The notes under the pieces are model-generated. The model saw only the letters and a program-made list of their open reading frames with translations. It did not search any database and was not told where the DNA came from. This document shows positions 54,135 through 59,567 of a stretch of 59,567 bases of DNA, piece after piece. Each line of letters begins with the position of its first letter. Within the stretch, counting starts at the first letter, position 1. The translations under genes were made by a program, and so were the position numbers. Origin of the DNA: Bacteroidota bacterium (GTDB lineage Bacteria; Bacteroidota; Bacteroidia; Cytophagales; Cyclobacteriaceae). Location of the stretch: contig JBDLIU010000001.1 of assembly GCA_039714715.1 (NCBI GenBank), forward strand, positions 1 to 59,567, written 5' to 3'.

Positions 54135-55021
54135 TTACTTGCAGGGCTGGAGCTCTCTTCGGTTTTCTTGATTTTCCAACGTTTGTGCGTCCAGAGGTAG
54201 TATTCTGGTTGGTCTAATATCTGTTTTTCAAGAAGTCTTACATGTTTTTCTGTAATGGTTCCATATTCAGTATCCTTTGGATTGCTTTCCATAAGTTCGA
54301 ACCTAACTTCATAATATCCCCTTTTAACTTTTGTCATGTAAAAGAAAACGACCGGATAATTTTTTTCAACAGAGTATTTTTCTGCACCAAATTGTACTGC
54401 TGTATCCTGGTTTAAAAATTTAGCCCAGTAAAACCGTTTAGAGCTTTTATGCGGACTCTGATCAGCTCCAAAAACTATTGCTTTTAATTCTTCGTGCTCT
54501 GAAGCTAAATACTCTTTCGATATATATTTTGAAACCAACTCCAAACCAAATCGGGATCTGGAGGTGTTAATTTTACGATCCATGAACTTATTTGTTAATG
54601 GTGTATATATTCCAACTGCCCTATGCTTGATTTGCATATCAAGTGAAACTGCCAGCATCTCCCAATTATTATAATGTCCGCCAATTACTACTGCATGCTT
54701 ACCCTGTGAATAGATGTTATCCAGTATATCAGGATTGATCACTTTGCATCTGGCCAATGCATCTTTTTTAGTAATACTGTTTAGCTTAAGACTCTCAACC
54801 ATCAGGTCCGCTAAATGTTTATAAAACTTCTTAGCTAACTGTTCAATTTCTTTTTCAGTAAGCTCAGTGAAAGAATTTCTAAGATTGGTAAATACAATTT
54901 CTTTTCGGTATCCGGTAATCCTATAAATAAAAAAATAGATAATATTTGATCCAATAAATAGAATACGTAGTGGGAGTAATGATAAAGGTTTTATCAGCAG
55001 ATAATAAAAAAAAGTTGCCAT
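54131..55021 (-). CDS. lipid A biosynthesis (LpxL/HtrB-type) lysophospholipid acyltransferase
   Basis: N-terminal anchor, HX4(D/E)-type motif GGHYNNWEM, and the C-terminal EYYLWTHKRWK typical of lauroyl/myristoyl acyltransferases. Confidence 0.75.
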   Translation of the reverse strand: MATFFYYLLIKPLSLLPLRILFIGSNIIYFFIYRITGYRKEIVFTNLRNSFTELTEKEIEQLAKKFYKHLADLMVESLKLNSITKKDALARCKVINPDILDNIYSQGKHAVVIGGHYNNWEMLAVSLDMQIKHRAVGIYTPLTNKFMDRKINTSRSRFGLELVSKYISKEYLASEHEELKAIVFGADQSPHKSSKRFYWAKFLNQDTAVQFGAEKYSVEKNYPVVFFYMTKVKRGYYEVRFELMESNPKDTEYGTITEKHVRLLEKQILDQPEYYLWTHKRWKIKKTEESSSPASN

Positions 55022-55051
55022 TACATGTTATAAAAGATTCAGCGAGATTAG

Positions 55052-55606
55052 CTAAGCCTGATTATCGGGTGCGGCTTCTGCAGCAAAGGCTTCTAACTTT
55101 CCAATCTCAATATCTATTGTCCAAAGGCCAACGCCTTCTTCACCAATTATATCGAATAATTCGACAGCTCTTCGTGCAATCATCTCTTCTTCACGCTGTT
55201 CTGTTACGTACCACTGCAGGAATTGATAGGTAGCATAGTCTTTTATACTCAGGCAATGATCAACAAGAATGTTAATAGCTTTGGTAACTTCTATTTCATG
55301 GTTAAGAACAGATTCAAAGACTTCCCTTAGAGAGTCGTACTCATAACGTACTCCTGTAATATCTGAGTGAATTGCATGCCCCCCTGCATCATTAACATAA
55401 TGGAAAATCTTTAACATGTGTTGTCTTTCTTCTTCAGCATGTTTGTATAAGAAATCAGCAGAGTTGGAATAACCTTTCTTATCACACCATGAGGCCATAG
55501 CCAGGTAATAAGAAGATGATATTCCCTCAAGACTTATTTGGTCATTTAATATTTGTTCAGTTTTATCTGTTAAGGACCTGTTAGGGGTAATAATCTGCTT
55601 TTCCAT
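55052..55606 (-). CDS. ftnA: non-haem ferritin
   Basis: Ferroxidase-site residues in context: EGISSSYYLAMASW, AEEERQHMLKIFHYV, HEIEVTKAI, QWYVTEQREEE. Confidence 0.85.
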   Translation of the reverse strand: MEKQIITPNRSLTDKTEQILNDQISLEGISSSYYLAMASWCDKKGYSNSADFLYKHAEEERQHMLKIFHYVNDAGGHAIHSDITGVRYEYDSLREVFESVLNHEIEVTKAINILVDHCLSIKDYATYQFLQWYVTEQREEEMIARRAVELFDIIGEEGVGLWTIDIEIGKLEAFAAEAAPDNQA

Positions 55607-55625
55607 AGTTAATTTATTTACAAGG

Positions 55626-55633
55626 CAAATGTA
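55626..55633 (-). promoter_or_regulatory. Bacteroidota-type -7 box of the ferritin gene
   Basis: The minus strand reads TACATTTG, an exact TAnnTTTG match, 19 nt upstream of the ATG. Confidence 0.45.
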
Positions 55634-55885
55634 GGGATAATCTATATAAGAACCATTTAGAACAAACCCTCAAGGAACATTAAATGCTCTCTTGAGGGTT
55701 TAGCCAACTAGTAATAAACCAAATTGATCCACCTTTAGAATTGAAAATTTAGTGTGGCAAAATTATTTATCATGCTAATCCCGGGATAACCAGTTGAGTA
55801 TAAAAAGTACCCGCTGGAGTATAAAGAATAGAATCTTCTACTTAAACTTAATTCTTATTACTTTTGAGGATTGATTTGTCTTGAA

Positions 55886-56812
55886 ATGATAAGAAAAAGT
55901 GTAGAATCGTTACAAAAAGTTTTAAATGATGAAGATTTGCAAACTTCCATGATTTCGGAAGAGTTGGGAGCTTATCAGTTTATTAATAATGACTTCGATG
56001 TAAATCAGATTTCCTTACTCCATAGTAGGCAAATGATTCATTTTTTCTTTTCAGTAACAGGAAATGTTTCATTATCTGCAGATAATATTGATCAGAAGAT
56101 AGCTTTAAGCAACTCGAAATTTGTAATGTTTTCATATCCATATTCGGATTCTACTATTAATATCGAATTGCAATCCCAGGCTGAGGTCTTTTCATTTGTC
56201 ATTAGCATGAAAGCGCTTCACGAAATATTTGGCAGCTCTTTTGGTAAAGATGAAGCGCAAATGAATGCCTTTATCGAAAGCTATAAAATGAAGAGATTCT
56301 TCGTTGATAAAGAAAAGACTCCCAGTATAGCTGTAATAATTCATCAATTCTTTAATGGTGTTAAGAGGGAGAATGTTCAGAAGATATACCAGCAAGGAAA
56401 GGTAATGGAATTTTTATCTCTTTATATGGACGCACCCAAATCTGTTAAAGAGGCTGAGAATAATTGTCCATATGTAATGGATGCTTTCGAGATGAATAAG
56501 ATTAAGGAAGCAAGGAACATTATCATTGAAAATATGATAGATCCACCTTCATTAAAAATGCTTGCTAAACAGGTGGGGACTAATGAATTTAAATTGAAAG
56601 TAGGATTTAAGTCTGTTTTTCACAATACAGTATATGGGTTTCTTACTGATTATCGAATGGAGGTAGCTCAAAAACTTTTAACAGTAGATAAACTGTTAAT
56701 TAAAGAAGTTTCAACACATGTGGGATATTCTAATCCAAGTCATTTTATTGCTGCTTACAAACGCAAATATGGAGTAACACCCAAGCAGCACGTTAAATCG
56801 TTGGCATTTTAA
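55886..56812 (+). CDS. AraC-family transcriptional regulator
   Basis: C-terminal double HTH (LKMLAKQVGTNEFKLKVGFKSVF ... VGYSNPSHFIAAYKRKYGVTPKQ). The ATG at 55886 is preferred over the TTG at 55871. Confidence 0.85.
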   Translation: MIRKSVESLQKVLNDEDLQTSMISEELGAYQFINNDFDVNQISLLHSRQMIHFFFSVTGNVSLSADNIDQKIALSNSKFVMFSYPYSDSTINIELQSQAEVFSFVISMKALHEIFGSSFGKDEAQMNAFIESYKMKRFFVDKEKTPSIAVIIHQFFNGVKRENVQKIYQQGKVMEFLSLYMDAPKSVKEAENNCPYVMDAFEMNKIKEARNIIIENMIDPPSLKMLAKQVGTNEFKLKVGFKSVFHNTVYGFLTDYRMEVAQKLLTVDKLLIKEVSTHVGYSNPSHFIAAYKRKYGVTPKQHVKSLAF

Positions 56813-56813
56813 A

Positions 56814-58352
56814 TTATTTATCGCCTAAGGCAGGCATTCTAAACCTCTCGATTTCTGCAATTGTATGTTCCTGCATCATTATGTCTTCAACCTTCTTAAC
56901 AATTTCAGGATGTTGATCAGCTATGTTATGCTCTTCAAGAATATCGTTAGATAAATCGTATAGTTCAATTCCAAGGTTTCCTTTTTTAATATCCCTTCTA
57001 ACTCCTTTCCATTTACCCATTCTCACAGCCTGCTGTCCACCATATTCAGGGAAGTCCCAATACAGAAAGTCATGAGTCTTCTGACTAGTATTGTTTAATA
57101 AAGTAGGGGTAAAGCTAATACCGTCTATACTGTCAGGGGAATCGCTGTCCGACAGATCGCAGATAGTTGGCAGCACATCATAAAAAGATGAAATATGTTG
57201 AGATTCTGATCCGGCTTCAATCTTACCTGGCCAGCTAACTATCATTGGTACCCGTATTCCACCTTCATATACAAATCCTTTGCCACGTCCATATTCACCC
57301 CGGAAGGGCTGGGCACTATTGAAGTATACAGGATCGGCACCTCCGGCATAAGAAGGGCCATTATCACTTGAAAATATAATGATGGTATTCTCATATAAGC
57401 CCAATTCTTTTAATTTAGTTACAAGTTCGCCTACCTGTTCATCAAGGTGAGAAATCATAGCCGCATAGGTGGCTTTGGGAGTCAGGTTTGGGAAGTAACC
57501 TTTGTTGCCAAGATAGGGCTCTTCTTTGCCAAATTTTTCCTGGTAGTATTTAACCCAATCATCTGGCGCCTGTAACGGTGCATGAGGTATTGGACTAGCA
57601 TACAACAGGAAAAACGGTTTGTCCTGATTCTGTTCAATAAAATCCAATACTTCATTTTGCATTAATTCTGTTGATAGGTCTTCCAGATTAAAATTGGAAT
57701 AAGATTCAGGATTATAAGGATCGGCCAATGAGTCTAGATTGGTGTGGGGAGCCACTAAAGGATTATTTAGCAAAACTTTCTCTTCGTTTTTCCACAGGTG
57801 TTTAGGGTAGTAGGTATGTGCTTGTCGCTGACAATTATATCCGTAGAAGAAATCAAATCCCTGTTTATTTGGGGTTCCTTCTGAAAAAGGAGCACCTAAC
57901 CCCCATTTTCCAATACAACCAGTTGTGTATCCGTTATCTTGAAGTATTTTTCCAATAGTCTTGGTGTTTGCTGGTATTGGTCTTTGACCTTCCAGGTTAG
58001 GATCATTAACAGCAGCCTCGAAATTCCAGACCTCTCCACGTTCACCCCACTCATCATTCCCTCTGATGTAAGCATGACCAAGGTGCTTGCCTGTTAATAG
58101 AACATACCTTGAGGGGGCACATACGGGAGCCCCGGCATAGTGTTGTGTGAATCGCATACCTTCTACTGCCAAGCGATCAATATTAGGTGTCTCGATTAAT
58201 TTCTGCCCATATGCTCCCAATTCACCATACCCAAGGTCATCTGCGAGGATATATATAATATTTGGTTGAGTTTTATCTGTGCTTTCTGTATTACAGGCAA
58301 TATTGAATACGAAAAAAACAACGGTCAGTAGAATTAGGAATTTATTGCTCAT
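56814..58352 (-). CDS. secreted formylglycine-dependent sulfatase (arylsulfatase A family)
   Basis: Signal peptide from the ATG at 58352 (MSNKFLILLTVVFFVFNIAC). DDLGYGELG, the formylglycine motif CAPSRYVLLTG, and SDNGP are present. The 58-aa N-terminal extension in the track is rejected because it overlaps the next gene and has no signal-like features. Confidence 0.85.
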   Translation of the reverse strand: MSNKFLILLTVVFFVFNIACNTESTDKTQPNIIYILADDLGYGELGAYGQKLIETPNIDRLAVEGMRFTQHYAGAPVCAPSRYVLLTGKHLGHAYIRGNDEWGERGEVWNFEAAVNDPNLEGQRPIPANTKTIGKILQDNGYTTGCIGKWGLGAPFSEGTPNKQGFDFFYGYNCQRQAHTYYPKHLWKNEEKVLLNNPLVAPHTNLDSLADPYNPESYSNFNLEDLSTELMQNEVLDFIEQNQDKPFFLLYASPIPHAPLQAPDDWVKYYQEKFGKEEPYLGNKGYFPNLTPKATYAAMISHLDEQVGELVTKLKELGLYENTIIIFSSDNGPSYAGGADPVYFNSAQPFRGEYGRGKGFVYEGGIRVPMIVSWPGKIEAGSESQHISSFYDVLPTICDLSDSDSPDSIDGISFTPTLLNNTSQKTHDFLYWDFPEYGGQQAVRMGKWKGVRRDIKKGNLGIELYDLSNDILEEHNIADQHPEIVKKVEDIMMQEHTIAEIERFRMPALGDK

Positions 58353-58397
58353 AGGAAATCGAGTATTGTTATTTAACTTTAAATACAATATTAACGA

Positions 58398-59567
58398 ATG
58401 ATGAAAAGTAAAACTATAACAAAGAACCAAAGAAGGACATTTTTGAAGAAGTCGATTGCAGGTCTGCTCGGACTTGTTTCCTTGCCTGTTATTGGTAGTC
58501 CGAAAGGAATGAATACGATTGATCAATTGTCTTCAAAGCAAGGTAAAGATGTATTTAAATTATTAAGGAAACAGCTCCTGCTTGACAAGAACCTTGTTTA
58601 TTTAAATACAGGAAGCCTGGGACCCTCACCCAGGCAGGTTGTAAATAAAGTACGTGATATGACCCATAAACTAGAGAGTAACCCTGTGGTAATGAACTGG
58701 GGCGAGCTGGGGAAGAAAATGGAAAAAGTGAGATCGACTGCTGCTGATTTTTTTAATGTGGAAGCAGAGGATATAATATTAACCCGAAATACAACGGAAG
58801 GCCTTAGTCTGGTTGGTGCATCATTAAAATTAAATAAGGGCGATGAGATTTTAACCACAAACAATGAACACAGAGGGGGAGAAGTAGGGCTGGAATATAT
58901 GGCTCAATTAAATGGAGCTACATTGCGAAAGATTGAGATGCCCATGCCGGCAAAATCAAAGGCGGAGATTATTGAATTAATAAGAAGTTCAATTTTGCCA
59001 AATACAAAAGTGCTTTTATTAAGTCATGTGGTTACCATTACAGGATTGAGAATGCCTGTTGAGGAGATTTCAAAGATTACAAGGGAGAAAGGTATATTAT
59101 TTATTGTAGATGGAGCACAGGCTCCAGGTATGATAAAGGTCGATTTAGGTAAAATGGGCGCTGATGTTTATGCTACAAGTGGTCATAAATGGTTGTTAGG
59201 CCCAAAGGAAACCGGCATTATATATATTAACAGGAATGTGCAAGAGAGGATTAAACCTGTATTTACGTACAGTGGTTATGCTTCTTATTCTGCATCTTCA
59301 GGAACTAGAAATGTAGCGACTATCATTGGATTAGGTGAGGCTTTAAGTTTTCTGATGAGCATTGGATTGGATAAAATTGAGGAACAGGTAGTGATGCTTT
59401 CCAACTATTGCAGGGAAAAGGTTTCTGAGATAAATGGCTTGGAAGTTATCAGTCCTTCGGATGATTCAATTTCCTCTGCAATAGTTAGTGTACGATGCCA
59501 GAAAGCTAACAATCGGGATCTATTCCAGGCATTAAGAAATGAAAATATTATTGTAAAGCTACTACCA
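58398..59567 (+). CDS. second Tat-signal class-V aminotransferase-fold PLP enzyme (3' end outside window)
   Basis: This is not in the ORF track because it runs off the window. I translated 390 codons without a stop. Twin-arginine signal NQRRTFLKKSIAGLLGLVSL. NTGSLGPSP, TRNTTEGL and the PLP-lysine context ATSGHKWLLGP are present. It is a paralogue of ORF 34083-35375. Confidence 0.8.
   Translation, partial: MMKSKTITKNQRRTFLKKSIAGLLGLVSLPVIGSPKGMNTIDQLSSKQGKDVFKLLRKQLLLDKNLVYLNTGSLGPSPRQVVNKVRDMTHKLESNPVVMNWGELGKKMEKVRSTAADFFNVEAEDIILTRNTTEGLSLVGASLKLNKGDEILTTNNEHRGGEVGLEYMAQLNGATLRKIEMPMPAKSKAEIIELIRSSILPNTKVLLLSHVVTITGLRMPVEEISKITREKGILFIVDGAQAPGMIKVDLGKMGADVYATSGHKWLLGPKETGIIYINRNVQERIKPVFTYSGYASYSASSGTRNVATIIGLGEALSFLMSIGLDKIEEQVVMLSNYCREKVSEINGLEVISPSDDSISSAIVSVRCQKANNRDLFQALRNENIIVKLLP

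Noticed and set aside
58353-58526. 58-aa N-terminal extension of the sulfatase ORF in the track (start at 58526)
   Set aside because: The extension has no signal peptide and overlaps the start of the Tat-PLP gene on the other strand. The internal ATG at 58352 gives a classic signal peptide immediately before the sulfatase domain.
58598-58864. 88-aa minus-strand ORF
   Set aside because: It lies antisense within the 390-codon open frame of the class-V PLP enzyme, which the track omits only because it runs off the window.
1-59567. tRNA, rRNA, tmRNA or other structured RNA genes; DnaA-box cluster at the strand switch near 21.7 kb
   Set aside because: I saw no T-loop/acceptor-type sequences (GGTTCGAATCC-like) or rRNA-like stretches in any intergenic region. 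I saw no TTATCCACA-type boxes in the divergent region. Scanning was by eye only, so short sRNAs cannot be excluded.

Overview
This is a 59.6-kb chromosomal segment that looks like a low-GC Bacteroidota genome. Support for that: exact TAnnTTTG -7 promoter boxes ahead of several genes, HmuY/SusC-type outer-membrane proteins, a GSCFA protein, a degenerate EF-G paralogue, and many lipoprotein signal peptides. All product calls come from motifs read by eye in the supplied translations; no database search was possible. I found about 50 protein genes and no rRNA, tRNA or CRISPR array.

Layout:
(1) 1-21.6 kb is one co-directional minus-strand block. It holds the 3' end of a class-I cytochrome c gene, a fused CcsBA cytochrome c synthase, and a tightly packed six-gene operon: NHL propeller, 9-haem lipoprotein, 650-aa OM beta-barrel, 14(+1)-haem cytochrome, NHL propeller, 11(+1)-haem cytochrome. 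Upstream of that operon sit a separately terminated tetrahaem gene, a small secreted protein, a perfectly regular 16 x 40-aa propeller protein, and a MarR-controlled RND efflux operon.
(2) 21.8-34.1 kb is a plus-strand block. It holds a DUF2975/HTH pair, three secreted peptidase or propeller proteins, a ChaN / TonB-dependent receptor / HmuY-like haem-uptake module, a PKD-like lipoprotein and a third NHL propeller.
(3) 34-59.6 kb is mostly housekeeping: priA, rpsF-rpsR-rplI, mtaB, modA-mop-modB-modC, ferritin and a lipid A acyltransferase. Interspersed are two Tat-signal class-V PLP enzymes, an orphan TonB-plug protein beside a small barrel, a RAYT/IS200-like cassette inserted at the rplI terminator, and an EF-G paralogue with degenerate GTPase motifs.

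The best candidate for an undescribed system is the porin-cytochrome-like cluster at 3.4-12.2 kb. It carries 38 CXXCH plus 2 CX3CH sites, an MtrB-sized barrel and two integral NHL propellers.
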